A stretch of 64,000 bases of DNA, from NCBI GenBank assembly GCA_963422645.2, contig CAXXVO010000006.1, positions 96,001 to 160,000 of the forward strand, written 5' to 3'. The position numbers and the translations under genes were made by a program. The notes under the pieces are model-generated. The model searched no databases, was not told the origin of the DNA, and saw nothing but the letters and a program-made list of their open reading frames with translations. Source of the DNA: Alphaproteobacteria bacterium. GTDB lineage: Bacteria; Pseudomonadota; Alphaproteobacteria; UBA828. Numbering within the stretch: position 1 is the first letter of the stretch; each line of letters opens with the position of its first letter. Positions 53,002-62,600 of the stretch are shown here, in pieces.

Positions 53002-54369
53002 ATGCTTCTCGAAGTCGTAAAGGCGTTCAGCCGGGAGCACGTCGGGTGGCTCAGCCGTCTCCAGGCATCCGTCCTGCGCGAGGTGAAGGGCGCAGCGGTA
53101 GAGGGCAGTAAGGCGGAGCAGGAGGTGAAAAGGATCTACGATCCCTTGACCGAGGACCTGCGCAAGCAGAACCGCTGGATCCTGTGCAATTGCCTGCCCG
53201 AAGGATGGGAACAGCCGGTCAACGTGCTCGTCCGGGGACGGCACGGCATCCATCTCCGCAACCGTCCCAACGCTGAGGTGCCGCATGACGTGAATTGCGT
53301 CTTCCGCCTGCGCGAAGCATCGCAAGACACCTCCAGATACTTCTTCAATCCGCTGACGCACGGCCGGCAGGGTGCGGCTTCGGGGGACCGTGACCGGCGG
53401 CGCGAACCCGGGGGCCGGGGCGGCCGGGCTGTCCCGACCGTCGCCCGCATTCTCAAATGCTTAATCCGGGAGGCGCGGCTGCACACGCTGGCGGGCGCCG
53501 AGCAGTTTCCGTCTGTGGCGGACTGGCTCGCGGAACTCGCGCGCGCCGCGGCCGCGTTCCCCGTTGCGCCGAACGTTCCGGCGTCGGAGGTGCTGTTCAC
53601 AGACCCCGCGAGCTGGCGCTCGGGTGAATTCCGGGAAAGGCTGGATGCCCGCGCGCAGAAATGGCCGAAGGGTTCCCCGCCCTGCGGCTTCCTGTGCTGG
53701 GTCGCGCACGACGTGGAGGACCACGAGATCAACGGCAAGAGCAGGGGCGCCGGCCACGTGAGGGTGACCTCTCCCGTGGATTCTCCGCTCGTCTACGGCA
53801 AGAGGGTGGTGGGGCCCTATCTCTTCCTGGGCGCGCTGGAACAATCCGCAGACCGGTCCGGGTGGGAGTGCTGCATGGCCTGTGCAATGCCCATCGCCGC
53901 GCCGGAATTGCCGATCCCGGTCGATTCGGACTACGAGCGCCAGGCGGTGCTGTCCCTTCCACAGCTGGTCCGGGACCTGCGGAGCGACACGAAGCTCGAG
54001 GAGGCGCTCGGCGGGGTCGTCGGGGTCGAGCTCCAGAGGCCGCTCTTCTACATAGGGGTGCGCGGAGGCGACTGTCTGCCGGACGGCCTTCTCACCGTCA
54101 CCCGCCCGGGCGGTCCAGCCCCCCGTGTCCCCGGCGGCCCCTTCGACGACAGCGACAAGGTGCGCTACGTCTTCGAGGTCATGGGGTCCGACGACGCGCA
54201 ATACGAGAGGAAGAAGGAAAAGACCCACCGCCGGATGAGACGGCTCGGCCGGGTGATCCGCCTGGAGGGGCGGCAGTTCGGGTCCGCTCACTCCGGCCTG
54301 GAGCGCCAGCTCGAGAGGGCCGCCTTTCGGATCGCGAACGATCTCGTCCGGCGGTGGGGAGGAAGCTGA
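53002..54369 (+). CDS. DUF1173-like protein (Zn-binding N-terminus, PD-(D/E)XK-like C-terminus)
   Basis: CNC...H..NC; LPDGLL...FEVMGSDDAQYERKK; GGAGG RBS. Confidence 0.55.
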   Translation: MLLEVVKAFSREHVGWLSRLQASVLREVKGAAVEGSKAEQEVKRIYDPLTEDLRKQNRWILCNCLPEGWEQPVNVLVRGRHGIHLRNRPNAEVPHDVNCVFRLREASQDTSRYFFNPLTHGRQGAASGDRDRRREPGGRGGRAVPTVARILKCLIREARLHTLAGAEQFPSVADWLAELARAAAAFPVAPNVPASEVLFTDPASWRSGEFRERLDARAQKWPKGSPPCGFLCWVAHDVEDHEINGKSRGAGHVRVTSPVDSPLVYGKRVVGPYLFLGALEQSADRSGWECCMACAMPIAAPELPIPVDSDYERQAVLSLPQLVRDLRSDTKLEEALGGVVGVELQRPLFYIGVRGGDCLPDGLLTVTRPGGPAPRVPGGPFDDSDKVRYVFEVMGSDDAQYERKKEKTHRRMRRLGRVIRLEGRQFGSAHSGLERQLERAAFRIANDLVRRWGGS

Positions 54370-54549
54370 CGGTTCCGGTTGCCGCGGCGGGCATCCGGCG
54401 TCCTGAAAATGCCGGACCGACACGTCGGAGGAGCCCGGCGATCGCCTGAGCCTCACCGGACTCCGCGACGGCCTGGAGCGCACGAGGTAGGGCGGACTAC
54501 CGGGCCCGATCGGTTGTGCGGGAATACGACGCCCCGTGGCATCTAACAT

Positions 54550-56870
54550 CTAAGGGGGCATCATCTTCATGCCATGGTGCGGTCCCGGCTGTTGCAGTAT
54601 GGCCCGTTTCTGGTCGAGCTCCGTATCCTGGGCGTGCTTCCTGGACCAGCGTTCATCCTCGTCCCGGAATGCGCGCCATCGCGCGAACGCGGTGAGTTGG
54701 TCGAGCAAGAGGCTGAATTTCTGACAGGGCTCGTGGTCCGAACGCCAGAGTTCGCGAAGCGTGCAGTGGTCCTCCGCTTCGGTCTTCTCCGCCGTTATAT
54801 CGAGCACCTCCAGCTCGATCTGCACGACCGTCGGGCGACCCAGGCGCGAGTTCTCCGACGCCGCAGTTTCCGATCCGCCGACCTCGCTGCACCACAACCG
54901 GTCGCCCCTGGTGAGATCCCGTGAGCAGTCGAGCGGATAGCTGGCCGGGGGTCCCGGCCACTGGCGCTCCAGTTCGGCCTGCCGGAGCCTCTCGTCGCTC
55001 CACTCCGCCCGATGGACGTCGTAGCCCGCGAGCCTCAGCCCGGACATTCGTGTCACCGGCTCTTCGGGTGTGCGCCCCGTCGCCGCCGCAACCCATTCGA
55101 GCTCCACCATGTCGTTGCGGTCGCATCCGCCGGTCCTTCCGGGCTGGAGCACCACTGCCTCGCGTTGCGGCCCATCGTCCGATAGCCCCAGCGTTATCCG
55201 CTCGCCCACGAGCAGCGGTTCCTGCCCGCCCCAGCGTTTGGTGAATGCATGAGAGGTGCCGGGATCCCGAAGCCGTGCCAGCTCCGCGCCCACCATCTCC
55301 GCGATCCGGTCCTCCTCCAGCCCTGGAATGGCTCTCCGCTCGCTTGCGTGCCGAAGTCCTTGCTCGATGCGCTCAAGCAAATCCGGGCGGCCTTGCCAGC
55401 GCTCCCGGGTGTCCTCGTCCAGTACCCACTGGGCGTCTTCCTCGAACTCGCGGTTTCGTTCCTGCCATGCCGGCCATTCCGACAGCAGGGAGCGGGGAAC
55501 GTCCTCGCGCGCCGCGCGTTCCTCAAGTCGGCGGTATTGCTCGTCTACCGCATTCGCTTCCCGGAACAGGTCTCGGAACGTCATCCATTCGGCTGACAGG
55601 TCGGCATACTCGTCGATCTCGCCCTGCAGCCGGCGCCGGGCCGCTTCTTCCAGGTCCGATTCCCTCGCCAGACGCTCCGCTCGGGCGATGGCCTGGTCGT
55701 ACCCCTCGTCACCGACGGGCGATATGCCCTGCGTCACCGGGCTGGGCTTCGTTTGCTCGATCCCGTCCATCACCGAGACGAAGCGGTCGAGCAGACGGTG
55801 TCTCTCCATCCTCTCCAGCGCGGCAGCCAGTTCTTGCCTGCCGTCCGGTATTTGGTCGAGATGGGGAGCATAGGTGTCTTCGTCCTTGTCAATCTTGCGT
55901 CCCGTGGTCAGCAGCTCCTTCGGGATTTTGGGGAGGGACCGGTAGCCGAGCAGATCGGTGACGAGGAAGTCCGGGTCCTGCCGGGCGCGCCGTTTCGCTT
56001 CTTCCTCCAGGGGGTCCCGGCGCTGCCGATGGTCCTCGGCGTCCTTGAAAAAGCCGACGACGGCGGCGCTCAGCGCGCTCCCTGCTGCGCAGGCGGTCGT
56101 ATCCCAGCACCCGTTGCGCCATTTCCCCGGCCTGGTCAGGCAAGCCCTTCCGCCGGCCAAGCTTGCGGGCCTCCTCGACGAGCTCTTTCCAGCCGGGCAG
56201 ATAAAAGGCGATGACGGTCCCGGCCTTCGCCCGCTCCGCCATCGTCTGACGCTCCTGGAACACCCGCGCCCAGGCCAGGTCGTGGTCGCCGAGTTGATCA
56301 AACCCTTTGACGGCGGCCGCGATCTTCCCCGCTTCATCTTTCAGCCGGTCGAGATGGGGTTTCCATGTATCCGTATCCTTACGCTTGGCGCGCCAGTCTT
56401 CGCCCAACTTCCCGCAACGCGCCAACCAGCCGGCATAGCCCTCCAGTTCCGTGGGCGGGGTGAACGCGGGCCCGCCAGCCCTGCGGGCGCGGTCCTCCAG
56501 CTTCGAGCGCTCGTCCAGAAGGCCGGCCGCAGAGGCATGAAGCGCGACGATTTCCGCCTTCAGTTCTTTGCACGCCTCTGCCTGGTCAAGGACCCTCATG
56601 GCCGCTGCCAGTGTCCATGCCGGCAGGTGGGGCGACTTGGCGAGTGTCGTGGCCCGCTTGACGAGATCGTCGTGGCCCTCGGCGTAGAACGAAATCGTGC
56701 CGTCCGCCGCAGCGCGCGCCGCCACCTCGCCGCGCAGCGTCTCGAAGCCGAGGACCGCATCGTCGACCGCCAGGAGGTCGGCGAGCAGCCCGAGGCGTTC
56801 GGAGATCGTGCTGCCGGCCTCGCCCGCACGCGCGCCCAGCTCGGCGAGCAGGAGCTTGCCCTTCGCCGAC
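54550..56870 (-). pseudogene. C-terminal remnant of a large helical, relaxase-type protein; frameshift near 56075; 5' end replaced by phage DNA
   Basis: Two overlapping ORFs read as one protein; tail QPGPHHGMKM resembles relaxase C-termini; no catalytic motif in the window. Confidence 0.4.
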
Positions 56871-58391
56871 AGACGCCCCGACCACCTCAGCCACGGCCTG
56901 CTCGACGGGGGCCGCACGGGCCGGCTCGTCGCCCTGCACGACGACGGGTGCACCCTCGACCGCGCCGTGCGGATCGCCGGCGCGGCGGGGACCGACTGGC
57001 TGATGCTGCGCCGGCCCGAAGGGGCGCTCGAGACCGTGCGCGCCCATGCCGGCCCGCCCGGCTCCGACGCGCGTGCGGACGGCGCCGAAACCGCCCGCGT
57101 GTGGACAGCGCCCGCGCCGGAGGACGGAATCGGCGAGCCCGTCGACACGCTCTGGCGCCTCTATCCCGCAGGCGCCGGGCCGGCGAGGGTGAAGGTCGTG
57201 GGCGTCAGCCCCAGATCCGGGGACCGGGTGCGCCTCGAGGCCGTCGACGAGGCCGGCGCCTACTACGCCGCCGCCACCGCCGACCTCTCGGTCGATCTGC
57301 CGCAGATACGGCGCAATCTGCCGCGGGTCCTGCACGCCACCGTCACCGAGACCCTGATCCGCGTCGGCGCCGCCTTCCTCGTCGAGATCGCGCTCTCCCT
57401 CACCGTCGCCGGCGACTGGCGCGGCGCCGAGGTCCGCGCGTCGTGGGAGCGCCGGCCCATGCGCACCGTCGCCAGCCTCGACGGCGGCGACACGGAGGCG
57501 CGCTGGACCAGCCCGCCCGAGGGCTGGATCGAGATCGTCGTCCTGCCCCGCGGCGGCGGCCCGCGGCACCGCATCGCATATACGATCCGCGGCCTGCGCA
57601 CGCCCCCCGGCGCCGTCGGCGAGGCCCACGTCGAGCGCCTCGGCGACGGAACCCGGCGCTTCCGCTGGGCCGAGCCGCCCGACCCCGACCTGCTCGGCGT
57701 CCGCATCAGATACGGACCCGCGCCCGGCTGGCCCGCAGATCCGGGCACGCCGTGGGAAGAGCTGCGCGCGATCCACCGGGGGTGGCTCACCGCAAGCCCG
57801 TGGGAGGCCGTCGAGCCCGCCGCCGGCGACTGGGTATTCTCCTTCCGCGCCCTCGACACCGGCGGGCGCTACGGCCCCGAGAGCCGCGTCACCGCGCGCC
57901 TCGGCGCCCAGCGCCGGGGCGAGAGCCTGTTCTGGGCCTGCCCCAGCGCCGAGGGATGGACCCGCGGCACGCTCGCCGGCGCGGCCCTCGACTTCTCCTG
58001 GGCCGATCCCGCCACCGGCGCCGCCGACTACGCCTGGCGCGGCCTCACCACCTGGGACGCCTGGACCGGATGGGCGCTCCCCGGCGCGGCCTGGGCGGCC
58101 GAGCCCACCGTCTACACCTCCATGCCGGCAGACCTCGGCCAGGACGGCGTCGTCTCGGTGCTCGCCTGGGACTCCGACGCCGCCGTCCAGCCGACGGTGC
58201 GCGTGCGCGCCGCCGACTTCCGAGACGACCTCGCCTCCGCCGCCTGGACCGGCTACGCCGCCGGGGACAGGATTGCAGGACGCATCGTCCAGGTCGAGTG
58301 GACCTGGACCTGGGAGCGCGGGCAACTCCCCACCGTCAAGTACCTCTGCTTCGGCCTCGCCCGCGCCCATATCGCCGCGCCGGCGAGCTGA
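56870..58391 (+). pseudogene. Phage tail tip/host-specificity-like protein, 5'-truncated
   Basis: GRL...TLDRAV, VRLEAVDE, FnIII-like WAEPPDPDLLGVRIRY and FRALDTGGRYG; lies upstream of fibre genes. Confidence 0.6.
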
Positions 58392-58412
58392 GTGGGCGCG
58401 AAAGGAAACCCA

Positions 58413-59180
58413 ATGACCGCATGGCCCACCCGGAAGATCGACACCACCCACCTCGACCAGGGCAGCGATTCGCCCGCCCACGCCCGCGTCGCCATAAAGG
58501 CCATGGCCGACACAATCAACGCCATGATCGACGCCTTCGGCGATCCGGGCGGCGTCGCCACCCTCGACGGCTCCGGCCTGCACCCCTTCCGCCAGATGCG
58601 GGGCGAGGTGTTCACCGCGTCCGAGCGCACGCGGCTGGCCAACCTCAGCGAGACCACGCCGCCGCCGCGTCCCGCGCCCACGCCCACGCCGCGCGGGCGG
58701 AAGACCTTCACCACGCCCGGGACATTCTACTTCAAGGTGCCCTCGGGCGTGACCCGCGTGCGCACGCAGTTGCAGGGCGGCAGCGGCGGCGACGGCAGCG
58801 ACTATAGCCGCACCGTCAGCGGCAGGGGCGACTCGAGGACCACCACCTGGCGTGGCGGCGAGGGCGGCGGCGGCGGATTCATCTACTTCGATATCGCGGT
58901 CAGGGCGGGCGGGACCTACCCCGTCATCGTTGGAGGCAACGGAGCGAACGGAGCGCGCGGCAGGGACGGCGCCGACGGCGGCGACACCACCTTCCTCTAC
59001 GGCAAGGCGTACGGCGGCAAGGGCGGCAAGAGAGCGCAATACAACCGCAACGGCGCAGACGGCGCAGACGGAAACTCCTACGCCCCCTTCATGTCGAGTG
59101 TGAGCAACTCGAGCAAGCAGGTCCAGCTCGTCGTGCCCTCCCCGGTCTCCGCCGGCTATGTCGTCGTCGAGTGGGGCTGA
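58413..59180 (+). CDS. Gly-rich phage tail fibre-like protein 1
   Basis: GVATLDGSG; FTTPGT...VP.GVTRV...GGSGG...GYVVVEW; AAAGGA RBS. Confidence 0.7.
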   Translation: MTAWPTRKIDTTHLDQGSDSPAHARVAIKAMADTINAMIDAFGDPGGVATLDGSGLHPFRQMRGEVFTASERTRLANLSETTPPPRPAPTPTPRGRKTFTTPGTFYFKVPSGVTRVRTQLQGGSGGDGSDYSRTVSGRGDSRTTTWRGGEGGGGGFIYFDIAVRAGGTYPVIVGGNGANGARGRDGADGGDTTFLYGKAYGGKGGKRAQYNRNGADGADGNSYAPFMSSVSNSSKQVQLVVPSPVSAGYVVVEWG

Positions 59181-59185
59181 TCGCG

Positions 59186-59341
59186 ATGCGCCGCACCCTC
59201 GTCCCCGCAGGCGGCGGCATCGACAGCACCGCCCTCGCCCTCCTCGTCCTGCGCGAGACCGAAGACGAGGTCGTCCTCTCCTGCAACCGCGCCCGGATCG
59301 CCGCGCCGGCGGGCCGGCGATCGCGAAAGGAAATCACATGA
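59186..59341 (+). pseudogene. Chimeric junction ORF: QueC-like N-terminus fused to tail-gene C-terminus
   Basis: First ~32 codons identical to those from 60126, then RARIAAPA (compare RAHIAAPAS ending at 58391). Confidence 0.7.
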
Positions 59342-60120
59342 CCGCATGGCCCACCCGGAAGATCGACACCACGCACCTCGACCAGGGCAGCGATTCGCCC
59401 GCCCGCGCCCGCGCTGCCATCAAGCAGATGGCGGACACGATCAACACGATGATCGATGCATTCGGCGATCCGAACGGCGTCGCCACCCTCGACAGGTCCG
59501 GCCTGCACCCCGCCGACCAGATGCGGGGCGAGGTATACACGGCTGCCGAGCGCACGCGGCTGGCCGACCTCAGCGATCGCCCCGCCCCGCCGCGTCCCGC
59601 GCCCGAGCCGGCGCCCCGGCCAACGCCGCGCGGGCGCAAGACCTTCACCACGCCCGGGTCCTTCACCTGGCGCGCGCCCGCGGGCGTGACCCGCGTGCGC
59701 GTGCAGTTGCGGGGCGGCAGCGGCGGCAGCGGCGGCAGCCATGAGGCCGACGGCGGCCGCGGGCCCCGCATCACCTACCGTGGCGGCAGCGGCGGCAGCG
59801 GCGGCTTCGTCTACTTCGAGATCGCGGTCTCGCCGGGCACCTCCTACGGCTTGGCCGCGGGAGGCAACGGAGCGGACGGAGCGGACGGCGGCAGCTGGGC
59901 TCGCACTCGCGACGGCGCAGACGGCGAGGACACCGCCGCCTTCGGCGGCACGGCGCGCGGCGGCAAGGGCGGCCGGGGAGCGCATCGCCGAGGCAACGGA
60001 GCGGACGGCGCAGCCGGAACCGCCTCCGCCCCCGCCGGCGCAAGCGGCGTCAGCCGACACACCCAGCTCACCGTGCCCTCCCCGGTCTCCGCCGGCTATA
60101 TCGTCATCGAGTGGGGCTGA
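59338..60120 (+). CDS. Gly-rich phage tail fibre-like protein 2
   Basis: Paralogue of 58413-59180 with diverged internal segments. Confidence 0.7.
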   Translation: MTAWPTRKIDTTHLDQGSDSPARARAAIKQMADTINTMIDAFGDPNGVATLDRSGLHPADQMRGEVYTAAERTRLADLSDRPAPPRPAPEPAPRPTPRGRKTFTTPGSFTWRAPAGVTRVRVQLRGGSGGSGGSHEADGGRGPRITYRGGSGGSGGFVYFEIAVSPGTSYGLAAGGNGADGADGGSWARTRDGADGEDTAAFGGTARGGKGGRGAHRRGNGADGAAGTASAPAGASGVSRHTQLTVPSPVSAGYIVIEWG

Positions 60121-60125
60121 TCGCG

Positions 60126-61007
60126 ATGCGCCGCACCCTCGTCCCCGCAGGCGGCGGCATCGACAGCACCGCCCTCGCCCTCCTCGTCCTGCGCGAGACC
60201 GAAGACGAGGTCGTCCTCTCCTACTACCGCGAGCCGGCCCGCGAACTCCCGGAGCGCATCGCCCGCGAGCAGGCCGCAAGCGAGGCCGTCGCAGACTGGC
60301 TCTCCCGCAACGTCCGGCCCGTGCGCCACGTCAGCCGCGACGCCCTGCGCCTCGACCTCGACGCCGGCGCCGAATACCCGATCAGGGGCGGGAGAGGGTG
60401 GGAGGGCGTCTGCGACCCCACATTCGGCCCCTGGGGCCTCGACCGGTACGCAACCCACGCCGACGAGGCCGAGCGCCACCGCGCCGACCGGGTGATGCTC
60501 GGCATCACCTCGTGGGACACCGCCGACGACATGCACCGCATGTACTGGTATCCCGTCTACCGCGCGCGCACCGCCGTCCCCATGGAACTCCCCTTCTTCC
60601 CCGGCTGGGAGGACGGCGCGCAGTGGCCGCCGTCGCGGGACGACCCCTTCGGACCCGTCGCCGGGCGCTTCATGCTCCAGGCCCTGCTCCCGCCCGGGCT
60701 GGAGGCGCTCACCTGGCGATGCACCGTCGCGGCAGAGCCCTGCGGACGCTGCCCCCGATGCCGCCTCAACGCCTTCTTCGAGCGCTTCTGCCGGGGACGC
60801 CCGGCGGACGGGATCGCCCGCATCGACGACGCCCTCGAACGACACCGCGGCGCAGGCCGATGGTACGCCGACGCCGACCCCGGAAGATGGACCGGTCACG
60901 ACGGATACGACGCCGCAGAACGCGCCGTCGAAGACCCCGAATGGTGGAAGGCCGAACTCGAACGCCCGTGCCGCCCCGGCGCCCGCCCCGGTCCCGACCG
61001 CGCCTGA
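60126..61007 (+). CDS. QueC-like PP-loop (adenine nucleotide alpha-hydrolase) protein
   Basis: LVPAGGGIDST PP-loop and TWRC....PCGRCPRC Zn motif. Confidence 0.65.
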   Translation: MRRTLVPAGGGIDSTALALLVLRETEDEVVLSYYREPARELPERIAREQAASEAVADWLSRNVRPVRHVSRDALRLDLDAGAEYPIRGGRGWEGVCDPTFGPWGLDRYATHADEAERHRADRVMLGITSWDTADDMHRMYWYPVYRARTAVPMELPFFPGWEDGAQWPPSRDDPFGPVAGRFMLQALLPPGLEALTWRCTVAAEPCGRCPRCRLNAFFERFCRGRPADGIARIDDALERHRGAGRWYADADPGRWTGHDGYDAAERAVEDPEWWKAELERPCRPGARPGPDRA

Positions 61008-61099
61008 AACCCCCACGCACCGCCCGTGCACGGGCCCTGAACCCCCCGCGCAGCGCTCCTTCATGGCCCATGCACAGGCCGGTTTTTCCAGCCCGGTTC

Positions 61100-61179
61100 A
61101 GCCCCGAAAACCAGCCGATTTTCCAGGCCATTCGCAAAGACTTCCGGCCGCGATTCGCAAAGACTTCCGGCCGGCTACA
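61100..61179. mobile_element. Mu-like/Tn7-style transposable element end
   Basis: ATTCGCAAAGACTTCCGGCCG at 61130-61150 and 61153-61173; terminal CTACA; IS66 sequence resumes at 61180. Confidence 0.75.
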
Positions 61180-62409
61180 CACAAGCCTCGCCGGAACGGC
61201 GATATCCTTGTCCAGCGCGATGCGGGCGGCGCGATTGGCTCGGCGCAGGAGCTGCTGCATCCGCCGGGCCCAAGCCTCCCCTTCGATGTCCACCAGCGCC
61301 TGCAACTCCCGCAGGTGATGGGCGTTGCACAGGCCGTGCTCCACCCCTTCCATCGCGAAGTACGGCTTCCAGTGATCGTGCACGACGATGCCGGAGACAC
61401 CCGAGAGCAGGGCGCCGCGCTTGCCGCTGACCCGGTACGCCGCCAGCAGCGGCGTGCAGATCACATGAAGCCACTGCGTCTGATCGCCGATCCGCAAGCC
61501 GGTCTCGTCCATGTGTTTCACCCGCGCCGTGCCCGCCGCCAGGTCCTGTATGTGCAAGGCCGCGTCCCGCAGCCGCTCGGCCGCCCTCTCGCTCATCGTC
61601 GCCAACGTCGCAGCCGTCACCGGCGCGCCGAAGAGCTCGGCCATCACCTGCGACAGCCGATCCTCCGGCAGGAAGTGAGCGTGCTGAAGGTAGACCGCCA
61701 CCCCGGCAATGCGCGGGCCGTACTGCACCGGCGCCGACACCCCGTCGGGGAACGCCGCCCGGGTCACCGTCCCGCAATGCCCGCAGCACTTGGCATGCGC
61801 CCGGTGCTCGGTCACCTCCAGGGGGCTCGGCTCGGGCAGATCGAACACCTGGCGGGCGACGGGCGTTCCCGCCCTGGCCGCGTCCGAAAGCGGCGAACCG
61901 CATCCCTTGCAGGAAGCCGGGACGTGATCCTTCACCCGATCCGGGTGATCGGCGCGGCGCAGCGTCTTGCCCTTGTGGCCGGGCTGGCCACCGGGCTTGC
62001 GGCCCGATTTGCCGCGCAGGCTTCGGGTTCGCCGCTTCGAATTCGGCTTCCTCAGCCCATCGCTCGAAGGCGGCTTGCCGCTGTTGCCGCTGTTGAGGCC
62101 GAGACGGCGCTCCAACTCCTCGATGCGCTCGACGAGACGCGCGACTTGCTCTTCCAGCCGCGCGTTCTGCTGCCGAAGCCAGGCATTTTCCTCCCGAAGC
62201 CGGGCGTTCTCCTCCTCCAGGCGGGCGATCTTCTGCGCGGGCGTTTCGGGCGCTGCTCCCGTCGAAGGGCCGCGCGGCGACTCGGGATTGCTCATGTCGT
62301 TGTTGAGTCATTTCCCGAAATTCCCGTCAAGCCCTTTCCACCAACTCCGAACGAGAAACGCCTCAATCCACTGGCCCAAAATGACAAATCAGACGACCTG
62401 GGCAGTTAC
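61180..62409 (-). mobile_element. IS66 copy C, truncated within the transposase gene at the Mu-like end
   Basis: Nearly identical to copy A from CACAAGCCTCG to CCTGGGCAGTTAC; transposase ATG at 62295. Confidence 0.9.
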
Positions 62410-62520
62410 CTAATCAGATCATTCAGTACAGCACCACCGTCAACTCACGATCACACCGCACCATGGTCCCCAGCACACGAGGGAAGAGTTCCGCGAGCCT
62501 GCCCCTGCGAGACGACCAGT

Positions 62521-62582
62521 CAACAAATTTCATGCGGGATTCGCGGGATAAGTGGGATTCAAGTGGGATAAGTGGGATTCCG
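62521..62582. repeat. CAACAAATTT...AAGTGGGAT array (3 copies)
   Basis: Copies start at 62550, 62561 and 62570; homologous to the IS-split element at 15611/18083. Confidence 0.75.
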
Positions 62583-62600
62583 GGTCGCCGCGGCCGCCCC

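Noticed and set aside
55958-59039. Long ORFs 55958-58807 (+) and 56586-59039 (-)
   Set aside because: Arg/Ala/Gly-rich alternative-frame or antisense shadows of real genes in high-GC DNA; the same applies to most overlapping ORFs in the track.
58413-60120. Diversity-generating retroelement TR/VR pair or invertible shufflon
   Set aside because: No reverse transcriptase or invertase is present, the repeats are direct, and the differences include indels and are not adenine-specific.
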